Shown piece after piece: positions 42,481 to 55,280 of a DNA stretch of 64,000 bases; position 1 is the stretch's first letter; every line of letters begins with the position of its first letter. The stretch lies in NCBI RefSeq assembly GCF_009914755.1, contig NC_060942.1; one strand, written 5' to 3'. The position numbers and the translations under genes were made by a program. Below the pieces are notes generated by a model. It did not search any database. It was given only the letters and a program-made list of their open reading frames with translations, and was not told the DNA's origin. This stretch comes from the human T2T-CHM13v2.0 reference genome, Homo sapiens.

Positions 42481-43580
42481 AACAACATACCTTAAAAATA
42501 GATCTTAAAAAATCGTCTTGATAGGCATTGTTATCAAAGGAACTCTGAAATCAATAAAATGGCTGGATTGAACACTAACTTTAGCTCTCTATCTAACAGT
42601 TATGCAGTGAGGGATAATAGTTTATGTATATAAATTTTACTAAAGGATTCCTCACTGTATTTAAATTAATACTGTTTGATCCACGAAGAATTTTGATTTC
42701 CTTTTTACTTTACAGGGAAAAGCAAGTTTGCTTGTACTTGTGCTTCTGAAAGGCCAGGAAATTTCAAACCCACAAATGGGTTCCTCAAAGAAAAACTGAC
42801 AAGTTAAAACTGTTATTACAGTCTATTTCAAATATCTCAGGGTTTCTTTAGTTTAACTGAAAACATATGAATTGCTTTCACCTACTTGACTGCTTCTGTT
42901 TTTTCAAGTAACAATCACACATCCTACAAAAACTGAAGTATGATTTATTCAATGACAGGTAAATTTTCAAATGATAATACTATCTAGATAAAACATGTAT
43001 ACTGACTCTTTCAGATCATAACTTCAAAATATAAGGGGCTTAAGAGATACTGTTTCCCTATAAATACTAATAAAAAAAACCTTCCAATTCAGAAAAGAAA
43101 CTACATGTGTCATTACATTTTTCCCATAAAAACATGAGAAATTTTAACATTGTTCTTTGTAATAGGATTAATGTCATAGTCATGTAATTTCATATAATAT
43201 TATTCAACTTTTATATTCTATTCATCATGTTAGAAATTGTACCTTTTTTTTTTTTTACTCGCTGTAATGAAAGCTCCAAGGGCTGTCTGTAACTCTTGAA
43301 TTTTAGGTTAAGCTCAATGAAAATGTCTTACATGCAGATAGGAGGTGATCTCCAATACATGCTGAAGAGTCATTCATAAACTTAATCTCATGATCCAATC
43401 TTCCATGGCAAAGCTTCTTTATATATATTTACACTGCATTGCCAAAGACCAAAAATTTCCATGAATTTTATAATTTAATTATTGCATAGATTTCTATGTG
43501 TGCGATGACACACAGCTTTATTATGCACGTATATAAAAGAAATAAAAGAAAACAATAAAAGAAAACACCATAATACTCAC

Positions 43581-43706
43581 AGTTGTAGCCAGGTGCAATA
43601 CGATGTTGAGCTTCAAGGCTCACCAACGTGATGTGGAAAATGATGTGCAGCAACAGGAAGGAAAGACTGATGAAGCACAGAGACTTTAATAACCGTCCCG
43701 TATGTC
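43581..43706 (-). CDS. PIEZO2: PIEZO2 internal coding exon (126 nt, phase 1-1; probably exon 3, about residues 54-96)
   Basis: The minus strand reads tttttatcccttag|GACATACGGGACGG...GGCTACAACT|gtgagtatta, with a canonical acceptor and donor. The translation (G)HTGRLLKSLCFISLSFLLLHIIFHITLVSLEAQHRIAPGYN(C) matches the human PIEZO2 N-terminus as I recall it. It lies inside track ORF 43468..43755. Confidence 0.96.
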
Positions 43707-43959
43707 CTAAGGGATAAAAAGTGCAGAGATTGTGAGAGAGCTTAAGATGAAACACACTGGTGCTGTCTCTTGTACATATTTCTGTATAACCTATTAGATA
43801 GACCGACTCAAAAGTATATGGAATGTAATAATTATCATCTTAATTATTAGTCTATAGCTAAATGGTATCTTATTCCCTTTGTAACATCAAATATTTGGGT
43901 TTATATTTATTAAAAATTCACTGTAAAAGAAGGATAATTTCCTATTTATCATATGACAC

Positions 43960-44812
43960 ATTACAGTGGAACTACAAAAAGGTCCTGGACCAAAACATTT
44001 TACAAGGAAGTGCTGCCAACTTTGAAGGGACAGATAACTCCTGTCTTAGAAAAATAATTCTAGGAAGTACAAAAGGAAGAAAAGTTATCTAAAACATTTT
44101 ATGAAGTCACAATAACTTTAATTTCAAAATCAAATAAGGCTAGAAAAGAAAATTATAACCCCATGTTACTCATAACATAGATATGAATTATTTTTTTTAA
44201 ATGTGTTAACCAACTGAAATAGCATAGAAAAAATATAATACATAGGTTAAGGTTTATTATAGAAAAACCCTAAAAGTATAGTTAACATTAACAAATCAAT
44301 AAGTATAATTCACACACTAGTGGGTTGCTATCATGGTTTTCTCAATTGGCACCAAAGAAATGTTTCATAAAGTTCAAAACCTAGTTATAATTTTTAAAAA
44401 CATAAAAAAAAAGGAATGGAAGGAAACATCCTTAAAGGATTTATAATAAAGCAAACATCCTGTTTATAGTGGAATTTTAGACTTAGTCCCACCAGTATCA
44501 GAGAATGATCAAGGCCACTTGATATGAATGCCACTAATTAACATATCACTGGATGTACTGGTCAATGCCATAAGATAAGAGATACAATGAAGATTGTTAA
44601 CTAGACTTATTTGCAGATAATATGATCAAATGGAATTATTTTCAGATTATATATCATCATCAACAGAGAACGCCAAACTAACTCCATGACCAACTATCAG
44701 AATATAAGAATTTAGAAAATGATTCAGATACAAAATCATCTTACAAAAATGAACATACCTCTTCATTAACAATAATCAAAAAGAAATAAGATGCAATTTT
44801 ATTAGCAAAAAA
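43960..44812 (+). mobile_element. Old L1M ORF2 remnant
   Basis: Decayed RT-like tracts such as ttatttgcagataatatgat (LFADxM). Confidence 0.65.
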
Positions 44813-44814
44813 AT

Positions 44815-45263
44815 TGAAAAGGTTTTGTCAATGTGTCAATTTGGCTAGGCTGTAAATCACAGTTATTTAATCAAATACAAATCTAGGCACTGCTGTGAGT
44901 TTACAGATGTCATGAAAGTCCATAATCAAAGTGGTTAACTAAGGGAGACTATCCTCCATAACCTGGGAAGGCATGATTCAATCCACTAGAAGGCCAGAAA
45001 ACTAGTCGGAGGTGTGTGTGTAAGTGAGAGAGAAGAAACTGTCACTTGTGGAGAGTAACTTTACCCTGTGCCCATGATGTTCTCTTCCTGACAGCCTGCA
45101 CTACTGACTGTGAACTTCCTTAGCCAGCTTATATATCAATTGTGTAAGCCAATTCCTTGTAATAAATCATAGAGAAACATTAATCGTATATATATATGTG
45201 TATATATTATATATTAATAAAACACCTGTGGATACTGCTACACTTGTTGGACCTTGACTGATA
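44815..45263 (+). mobile_element. MLT2-type ERVL LTR (MLT2F-like)
   Basis: atgtgtcaatttggctaggct...aagtccataatc...tgtaagccaattccttgtaataaatc...ccttgactgata. Confidence 0.8.
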
Positions 45264-45628
45264 ATTTTTTTTAAAGTGTTATGTCATAGTTTCATTGACA
45301 GTTTTTTGTTCTTTCATAGTGACATATAAAATAATGGCATCTTATGTAACACATAATAGATATGAAATCCATAAAATATTAGCAAAATAGATCCATTAAT
45401 ATATGAAAAAGATAATATATTGTATCTAAGTTGGGTTTAATCCCAAAAATGCAAGATTGTTTTCACTTAAGAAATCAATTAATGTAATTCACCGTATTAG
45501 CAGATTAAAAGAGAAATAGCATTTGATCTTCTACCTAAGTGAAGAAAAAGGCTCTGAAGAAAATTCACCATCCAGGCATGATAATACTCATGGCTGACTA
45601 AGAATAGAAGAGAATCTCTTTAACCTAG

Positions 45629-46045
45629 TGTGATGGTTAATACTGAGTGTCAACTTGATTGGATTGAAGGATTCAAAATATTGTTCCTGAGCGTGTCTGT
45701 GAGAATGTTGCCAAACGAGAGATTAACATTTGAGTCAGTGACTGGGAGAGGCAGACCAACCATCAATCTGGGTGGGCACCATTTAATCAGCTGCCAATGT
45801 GGCTAGGATAAAAGCAGGCAGAGGAATGTGGAAGGACTAGACTGGCTAAGTCTTCTGGCCTCCATCTTTCTCCCGTGCTGGATGCTTCCTGCCCTTGAAC
45901 ATTAGTCTCCAAGTTCTGCAGCTTTTGGACTCCTGGACCCACACCAGTGGTTTGCCAGGGGCACTTGGGCCTTCAGCCACAGACTGAAGGCTGCACTGTC
46001 AGCTTCCCTACTTTTGAGGGTTTGAGACTGGGACTTCCTTCCTCC
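45629..46045 (+). mobile_element. MLT2A (HERVL LTR) 5' part
   Basis: TGTGATGGTTAATACTGAGTGTCAACTTGATTGGATTGAAGG start, preceded by CCTAG. Confidence 0.92.
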
Positions 46046-46148
46046 AAGCCCACAATCCAAATACCTCCCATCAGGCCCCACCTTTAGCATTGGGGGTCAA
46101 ATTTCAACATGAGACCTGTTGAGATGTCAAACATCCAAACTGCATCAG
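46046..46148 (-). mobile_element. MST-type MaLR LTR 5' fragment
   Basis: Reverse complement reads tgatgcagtttggatgtttg...tctcatgttgaaatttgacccccaatgctaaaggtggggcctgatgggaggt. Confidence 0.8.
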
Positions 46149-46258
46149 TAGGCATATTTGTCTTTTCTTGATTTCAAAGAGAAAGCTTTCAAGAGTTCTA
46201 TTATGCAAAATTTTGCAGCAGCTTTTTGCTTATTTGTTTGTAAATATCCATTACTAGG

Positions 46259-46354
46259 TGTATTCGGGTTCTCTAGAGGGACAGGACTAATAAGATAGAT
46301 GCATATATCAAAGGGAGTTTATTAAGGAGTATTGACTCACACAGTCACAAGGTG
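46259..46354 (-). mobile_element. MLT2A LTR 3' end, inverted
   Basis: Reverse complement reads caccttgtgactgtgtgagtcaatactccttaataaactccc...ctctagagaacccgaataca, followed by CCTAG. Confidence 0.9.
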
Positions 46355-46769
46355 ATAAAAGTATTTAAGAATTAACCTAAAAAAGAATGCTTAAGACCGT
46401 TCTTGACAAAATTGTAAAAAAAAAATAGAAAAACAAATAATAGGTATAAATAAGTGAAGAGATCTGTTACATGCATGAATGAGGTGACTCAATATGATAA
46501 AAATGTCAATTTCCCCAAAATTTAGTCTAAAAATTCAGTACAGTTTAAAATAAAATGCCAGTAGAAACTTTTACACCTTTGACAAGCATATTTCAAAATA
46601 TGTAAGAAAAGAATGCTTTGAAGAATTTCAACAAACATTTTAAAAATACATTTGGAAAAATAAGACTGAATTGCCATGTAAATTTTGAAATTTTGAAGAA
46701 TACGATCGAAAGTGGGTGAGGTTGGTGTATCATAGCAGATATTAAAATATGTTATAAAACCATATGTTT

Positions 46770-47073
<304 letters not shown>

Positions 47074-49449
47074 TAAGTTTAAACAAACAGAAACTTATAT
47101 TCCTTAGGGAGAGGAAAAGAAGTCAATTGGAATACCATATATTGCTCAGAAACATACCAGTTTATTTATATTAACTTGATAAATGTCAAAGCCAACTCTA
47201 CAAATTGAGAGGAAAAAGGGCAGAAATGGTATCAGCAAGATGGCAGAATAGGAGGTTTTGGCTCTCATTTCCACAGAAACACCAATATTGGCAAGCACCC
47301 ATGGACATGAATATTTTTGTGGGAGCCCCAGAATCTGGCTGAGTTTCCAGCCCTACTGTGGAACAAAAAACCCAAGAGTAAAAATATTAAAGAGGATAAG
47401 TAGTTTCACTTTACCAATGTCACCCCTCCCTCAAGGTGGCACAACTTGGTATCAACAGAGGCCTGATTGGCCTGCAATTTCTACTACTAGGGAAAGTGAG
47501 TGATGTGTGTGCCTAATTTTTGCGGTCTTGTGAAATGTTAGCTAGCTGGGAGGTCCTTTCTGTCTCACTTCACCCAGAGCACTGAAGGAATAAGCCTAGG
47601 AGCAGGGAGAAGAGAGTGCACAACAACTGGTGTCCAATTCTCTACAGCCAGTCACAGTCTCTACTAATCAGCTCATAGACTCCACCAAGAGACCCACCAC
47701 TGAACCCCACAGGATGACTTGCCTGAGGACCCCCACAACCAACTGATGAACTTCCCCAGCACCCTGTGCCACCCTTTCCTATGGAAAGCACCTTGTACAT
47801 CCCTGTGCATGGCCTGCACAAGCTCCTTCAGATAGCACACAGATCTCAACATGTACAAATATTAGCATCTGGCTTGACACTACTGGTGAGGGAGAAGGTA
47901 TACAACGTTCAGTACTTCAGGGCATTGCCTTAGGGAATATAAATTGAATGCTATCAGTACCAGGCCTGGTTTTGTTGGATAGAGAGAAGGCACACAATCC
48001 TAAGATTTCTTTCTTAATAAGGAATAAGAAGAATGGAGCAGGTGCATCCATAGAAAAGTTCTGAGAGACTCCCAGAATCTCTAACCCGGTTCACTGGTGA
48101 AGATCCTTCTGGCCCAAAGCCAGTCAGTAAATACTGGAGAAGGTGACTACTTCTTCAAATTTTAAGACATCTTTTTAAAAATTCAAGAGAATGAATAATC
48201 AAAAAAAAAATTCAAAAATTCAAGAACATGAAGATTCAAGAAAATATGACATCACCAAAGGAACAAAATACAGCTCTAGTGGCTGACCCCAAAGAAATTA
48301 AGACTTACAAATTAGCTGACAAAGAATTCAAAATAGCCATCTTAAAGCTCAGTGAGCTACAAGGGAGTATAGATAAACTACTAAATTAAATTTTTAAAAA
48401 TATATTAATAAAATGAGACATTCAACCATAAGAAACCAAAAGAAAGAACCAAACAAAAATTATGGAGCTAAAGAATACAATGACTTAACTGAAAAATTTA
48501 ATGGAGAGTTTCAACAGCAAACTTGATCAAGCAGAATAACATCAAAGAACTCAAAGACAGATTATTTGAAATTATCCAGTAGAGGAACAAGCACACAAAA
48601 AAATAATAAAAAACGGTTTTTAAAATCCTATGGGACTTACAGGACACTATCAAGTGAACCCATATAAACACTGGTCTTTAAGAAGTAGTAGAGAAAAATA
48701 AAGGGGAAGAAAGCTTTCTTAATGATATAATGACAGAAAACTTTCCAACCCTGTAGAGTGAAACAAACATACAGATCCAGGAAGCCCAAAGGATTCTAAA
48801 GAGGTTGAGTAAAAAGAGGTCTTCATAGAAAAGCATTATGATCAAATTGTCAAATTCTAAAACAAAGAATTTTGAAAGCAGCAAGAGAAAAGCAACTTGT
48901 TACATACAAGGTTACCTTCAAAAGGCTATCAGTAGATTTCTCATCAGAACTCTTACAGACCAGGAGAGAGTGGGATAATATATTCAAAGTGCCAAAGAAA
49001 AAAATGTGCTAACCAAGAATACTATACCTGTCAAAGCTGTTCTCCAGAAATGAAGAACAAAGACTTTCCCAGAAAGGTAAAAGCTGGGAAATTTATAACC
49101 ACTAGAACTGCCCTATAAGAAACGCAAAAGGGATTTCTTCAAAATGAAATTGAAAGACACTAATCAGCAACGTGAAAATATATGAAGGTATAAAACTCAC
49201 TGGTAGAGATAAGTTCATTTTCAAAATCAGAATACCGTAATGGTGATATGTAAATCATATTGAACTCTAATATAAAAGTTAAAATACAAAAGTATTAAAA
49301 ATAACTATAGTTAAAATAATTTGCTAATAGATATAAATAGAAAAGATGTAAATTGTGACTCTAATAAGAAAAAGCACATGGGAGTGAACAGGTAATTTTT
49401 GTATGTGATTGAAATCAAGTTGTTATTAACTTAAAACAGATTGTTTTGT

Positions 49450-49722
49450 GTGATCCAATATTCCCAATACCATTTATTGAAGAGACTTCCCTTTCCCCAT
49501 TGTGTATTCTTGGAGCCCTTGTCAAAAATTAGCTGACCATACATGTATGGGTTAATTTCTCATGTCTGTATTCTATTCCATTGTTCTATTTGTCTGTTTT
49601 TTATGCCAGTAGCATGGTGTTTTAATTACTATAGCTTCGTAATACAATTTGAAATCAGGAAGTGTGATGCTTCCAGCTTTGTTCTTCCTGAAAAAGATTG
49701 TTTTAGCTATTTTGGGGTCTTT
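49450..49722 (-). mobile_element. Inverted L1 ORF2 fragment inside the L1 inter-ORF region
   Basis: ORF 49573..49803 contains PKIAKTIF...[14 protein letters not shown], typical of ORF2p. Confidence 0.85.
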
Positions 49723-52045
49723 CATGGTTTGTTTTACATAAGACTCATGATAATTACAAAAGACAAACCTGTAGTCGATACACAAAAGATATAAAGGAAT
49801 CAAAGCATACCACTACAAAAATCATCAAATCACAAAATAAGACAGGAAGAGAGAAAGAAGGGAGGAAAGAAATTACAGAACAGTCAGTAAATAATTAACA
49901 AAATGTCAATAATAGGTCCTTACCTGTCAATATTTACTTTAAATGTAAATGGGTTAACTGCTCCCATTAAAATATATAGGGTAGCCGAATGGATAAAAAA
50001 AAATCCAGCTATACACTGCCTACAAGGAACACACTTTATGGACACACATAGGCTGAAAATGGGATGGAAAAAGATATTTCTGCAATGAAAAGACAACAGG
50101 ATTGGGTATTCTTGTATCAGACAAAATACACTTTAAGTCAAAAACTCACACAAAAGAAAACTTAGGAATACATAGCTTCACTGTTGAACTCTACCAAATA
50201 TTTAAAGACGGACTAACAGCAATCCTTTTCAAACTCCTCCAAAAAGTTAAGGGGGAGGAAACACTTCCAAACTCATTCTATGAGTCCAGCATTGCCTTGA
50301 TATCAATGACAGAAAAGAATTCTACTAGAAAAGAAAATTACAGGCCAATATCCCTGATGAACATAGAGGTAACAGTCCTCAACAATATACTAGCAAACTG
50401 AATTCAATGACACATTAAAAGGATTATATACCATAATCAAGTGGAATTTATCTCTGGATTGTAAGGATGATTCAACATACACAAATCTATAAATGTTATA
50501 CACCACATTAACAGAACGAGTGATAAAAATCTCAATAGATGCAAAGAAAAGCATTTAGCAAAATTCAACATCTTTTCATAATGAAAACTTTCAACATATT
50601 AGATATAGAAGGAATGTACCTTAACACAACGAAAACCATATATTATAATACCACAGTTAACATCATACTCAAAGGTGAAAAGTTGAAAATTTTTCCTCTA
50701 ACATCAGGAACAGTAGCACACTCTTGCTGCTTCTATTTGACATAGTATGGGAAGTACTAACCGGAACAGTTATGGTAGAGAAAGAAATAAAAGACATCTA
50801 AGTTGAAAAGGAAGATATTAAATTGTTCCTGTTTTTAGATAATATAATATTATGTTTTGAAAAACCTAAAAATCTACCAAAAAAACTATTAGAACTAATA
50901 AACTCAGTAAAACAGCAATTAACGAAATCAATGTATAAAAATCAACTGTGTTTCTATACACTGACAATAAGTTTTTCAGAAAAAAATAAACAAAACGACT
51001 TACAATAGCATCAAAAAGAACAAATACTTAGGTGTAAATTTGCCAAGGAGGTGAAAGATCTGTACATTGACTAGTATAAAACATTGTTGAAAGAAATTAA
51101 AACAAATACAAATAAATGAAAAATATATCCCATGTTCATGGACTGGAATAATTAATGTATTTAAGATGCCCATACTGCCAAAAGGAATCTACAGATTCAA
51201 TGCAATATCTATCAAAATTCCAATGACATTTTTCACAGAAATAGAAAAAATTATCTTAACATATGTATGGAACCACAAAAGACCCCCAAATAGCTAAAGC
51301 AATCTTGAGGATAAGAACATAGCTGGAAGCATCACACTTTCTGATTTCAAATTATACTACAAAGCTATAGTAATTAAAACAGTATGATACTTACATAAAA
51401 ACAGACACACAGAAAAATGGAACAGAGGAGAGACCTGAGAAGTTAACCCACAAATGTATAGCCATCTCATTTTTGACAAGGGCTCTTAAGAATACTCAGT
51501 GGGGAATGGATAGTCTCTTCAATAAACAGTATTGGGAAAATTGGATTACCATGTACAAAATAATAAAATTGGTCCCTTATCTTACACCATATACAAAAAT
51601 CAACTCAAAATGTATTAAAAATATGAAATTACAAAACACCCAGGAGAAAATATAGGGAAAAGATTCCTTGACATTGGTTTTGGCAATGACTTTTTGGTTA
51701 TAACACCAAAAGCACAGGCAACAGAAGCAAAAATAAGTGTAATTACATGAAATTTAACGACTTCTGCACAGCAAAAGAAACAATCCCTAAAATGAAAAAG
51801 TAATATAGGGAATTGGAGACAATACTTGTAAACCATATATCTGATAAGAGGTTAATATACAAAATATATAAAGAACAACTGAATAATGAAAAAACAAATA
51901 ACCACATTAACAAAAAGGCAAAGGACCTGAATAGATATTTCTCCAAAGAATACATACAAAGAACTAGCAGATATACAAAGAACTGGTCGACATCACTAAT
52001 TATGAAGGAAATGCAAAACAAAACCACAAGTTGAGATACCACCTC

Positions 52046-52437
52046 TGCTGTGGTCTGAATGTGACCCCCAAAATTCATATGTTGAAACTTAATTACCCAA
52101 GTGATAGTATTAAGAGGTGGAACCTTTAGGATGTGATCAAGACATGAGGGTTGAGCTCTCAGGTATAAGATTAGGGTCTCTATAAGTGTTGAGAAAATGT
52201 ATTCATTCCCGTTCAGCCATTTTGCCATGTGAGGACACAGTGTCCATCCCCTCTGGAGGATGAAGCAACACAGTGCCATTTTGGAAGCAGAAAGACCAGG
52301 GTCTCACCAGACACCAAAGCTGAAGGCATGCTGATTTTGGACTTCCCACCCTCTGGAACTATGAGTAATAAATTTCTATTCTTTATAAATTATCCAGTCT
52401 GTGACATTTCGTTTAGCAGCACAAATGTATTAAGAAA
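52046..52437 (+). mobile_element. MaLR solo LTR (MST/MLT1A-like) inserted in L1
   Basis: tgctgtggtctgaatgt...aataaatttctattctttataaattatccagtct. TSD ACCTC/GCCTC, and the L1 resumes at acacctgttaagatg. Confidence 0.88.
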
Positions 52438-53329
52438 GCCTCACACCTGTTAAGATGACTATTTTTGAAAAACAAAAGATAACAAGTGTTGGAGAGGGAA
52501 ACATGGAGAAAAGAGAACTCTTATATACTGTTGGTGAAAATGTAACTTGGTAGCTCCATTATGAAAAATAGTATGGAGATTCTTAAAAATTAAAAATAGA
52601 ACTGCTAAATAATCCCACTTCTGGGTATACATTCAAAATAACTGAAATCAGGATGTCAAAAACCTATCTGCACACCCATGTTTACTACAGCATTATGCAA
52701 AACAACCAAGATATGGAAACATCCTAAATGTCCACTGAAGGAATATTGGATAAGGAAATTGTGGCATATACATACATAGAATATTATTCATCCTTAACAA
52801 AGAAGGAAATCATGCCATTTGCAACAATATGACTAGACATGGAGGGAGGGCATTACGTTAAGTGAAATAAGCTAGACACAAACAAATACTACATGATCTC
52901 ATGTATATGTGGAATCTAAAATAGCCTAACTTGTAGAAGCAGAGAGTAGAATGGTGGTTATAAGGGGCTGGGGGTGGAGAGCAGGGAAATGGGAGGCAAT
53001 TGTCAAAAGGTGCAAAGTTTCAGTTATGCAAGATAAAGAAGTTCTGAAGATCTACTATACAGCATAGTGATTATAGATAACAATACTGTATTGTACACTT
53101 AAAATTGCTACAAGGGAAGATCTTAAGAGATCTTACAAACAACAAAAACACTAATAATAATAAAGGAAGAGAGAGGAGACTTTGGAGGGTGGCAGATATG
53201 TTTATGGCTTTGATGGCGGCAATGATTTCATGGGTGTCTATCATCAAAACTCATTGAAATGTATACATTAATTGTACAGATTTTTCTATGAGAATCATAC
53301 CTCAATAAATCAGTTTTAAAAAGAAAACA

Positions 53330-54300
53330 ATAGGCTATCTAGAAGACAAACTAGATCAATACATATAGAAAAAAATAATACTGGATCCCTGCCACAAAAG
53401 TGGTCTCCAGATCAATAAAGACCTAAGTCTGAAAGATTAAATTCTAGAGTTAACAGATGAAAATATGAAATAATAACTGTGACTTTGGAGTGACGAGTGT
53501 GTTCTAAAGCAATACGCAAAAACATAAGCTCTAAGACAAAAAAAAAAGGAGAGATGGATTTGACTGCACGGAAACTGGAGATTCAACAAATGCCAACATA
53601 AATAATATTTACAGACAGATGAATAATTAGGGCATCTAAAATGTATATGAAATTAATATTTAGAATAGATAAGGAACTTCTGTGTGTCAACAAGAGGAAG
53701 AAAGGTCAACCCACAGAAATACGTGTAAAACATCTAAGTCAGCAGCTTACAAGGGAAAATCTGAGGGGGAAATATGTTTATACAGGGAAGCTAAAGCTAT
53801 TGTAGATAAATTATAACTAAATCACAAATGAATGACATTTTACACCCCACAGATTAGAAAAAAATCATAATAGGGAGTTTTTGTAAAGAGAAACAACATA
53901 CTGGTAGTAGAGTGAAATTGATACAGCCTTTCTGGAAGCCATTACTTAAGTATGCCTAATTCTCCGACCCAGTCATCACATTCCTAATTATAAACTCCAG
54001 ATAAATTTTTACAGCAGGACTACATGGAGACGAATAATGACATTTACCACATTATTGTGTGTAGGAGCAGGGAATTGGAGATATACTAATTTTCCACTTC
54101 TGAAGAGATGAATATGTAAAAATGTGGTGAACATGTATCTTGAAATATTTTTAACAATTAGATGCATTAAGGCAGAACATCAAACAACATAGCTGGTGCT
54201 TGAAAAAATATTATGTTAAAATGGTAAGAAACAAAAGGAGACATAACACAAAATCATTTAGGTAAATTAAGGATATAATAACATGTATCTTACAAATATG
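53330..54300 (+). mobile_element. Old L1ME-type 3' remnant
   Basis: Decayed ORF2 3' tracts (atcaataaagacctaag; aaattgatacagcctttctggaag). Confidence 0.6.
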
Positions 54301-54799
54301 TTTATGTATATTTTAAATGTGTGTGAGACACATTTGATTAATTTCATATGAGGAGATGGGAAATAGGAGTGAGAATTGGGTGTGAACAAATAAGAGTAAC
54401 TAAATAAAATAAGACAAGCTCTTTGGTTAATCCTCTAATAAAGTTATTCTGTGAATAGAACAGTAAATTGCTTCAACTCTCTCCACTCAAAGCTGGAGAG
54501 GAGTAGATACATACTGAACATTCTGGGCCTTGGTCTGCCCCCGTCCATGCAGCTTTGGGGTATTAATCAGACAAGCCCCAAGCCCTTGAAACTAAAATTT
54601 TCATATGAAAGTTTACTTATAAGACAAATATATACATGATAATTTTATTATACATCTGTAGATTTATATGTTTATAAATGTTACATATTTACATAATGCC
54701 AAAGATATGTGCTCAATATATGTATATTATATAATTTTATATTTAAATATATACGTGTACACACACACACACCCCTATATAGAAGTTACATTATTTTTT

Positions 54800-55195
54800 T
54801 TTCTAATAATGATTTTTCTTCTTTAGACTATTAATGTAGTAAATAATATATATTGAATTTCAAATGTTGAAACTGCCTTGCATACCTGAAATAAATTACA
54901 CCTGGTCTTGGTGAATAATTCTTTTTATGCTTTTTTAGATAAAGTTGACAATATTTTGTGAAAAATATTTGCAAGCCTGTTCATGAAAATATTAATCTGT
55001 AGAATGTGTAGATTTTATTTTTTGTAGTATATTTATCTGGTTTGGTATTAAGGTAATCTTAGTTAAGAAGTGTTTCCTCTGCTCTTATTTTCCGAGGAGA
55101 TTGTAAAGAATTGATATTGTTTATTTATTAATTGTTTTATAGAATGCACCAGTAAAATCAACTATGCTTGGTACATTCTTTTTGTTTTTGGAAGG
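54800..55195 (-). mobile_element. L1M ORF2 fragment
   Basis: ttgaatttcaaatgttgaaactgccttgcatacctg...tagaatgcaccagtaaaatc. Confidence 0.7.
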
Positions 55196-55198
55196 TTT

Positions 55199-55200
<2 letters not shown>

Positions 55201-55240
<40 letters not shown>

Positions 55241-55280
55241 TACATATATACATATATATATACACACACACACACACACA
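55201..55280. repeat. Compound (CA)n/(TA)n microsatellite
   Basis: CA run, TA-rich core, then a second CA run. Confidence 0.95.

Larger units (their letters stand above)
47225..53325 (+). mobile_element. Near full-length decayed L1 (L1MA/MB-type): 5' UTR, ORF1, internally deleted ORF2, 3' UTR
   Basis: caagatggcagaatagg 5' end and ORF1-like sequence from about 48246. ORF2 start ORF 49903..50088 (YLSIFTLNVNGL), RT fragments (ORF 50102..50401 RKENYRPISLMNI), and 3' UTR ending cctcaataaa. Confidence 0.88.

Noticed and set aside
43468-43755. The 95-aa ORF as a stand-alone gene
   Set aside because: Only 43581-43706 is exonic. The flanks are intronic read-through bounded by clear splice sites.
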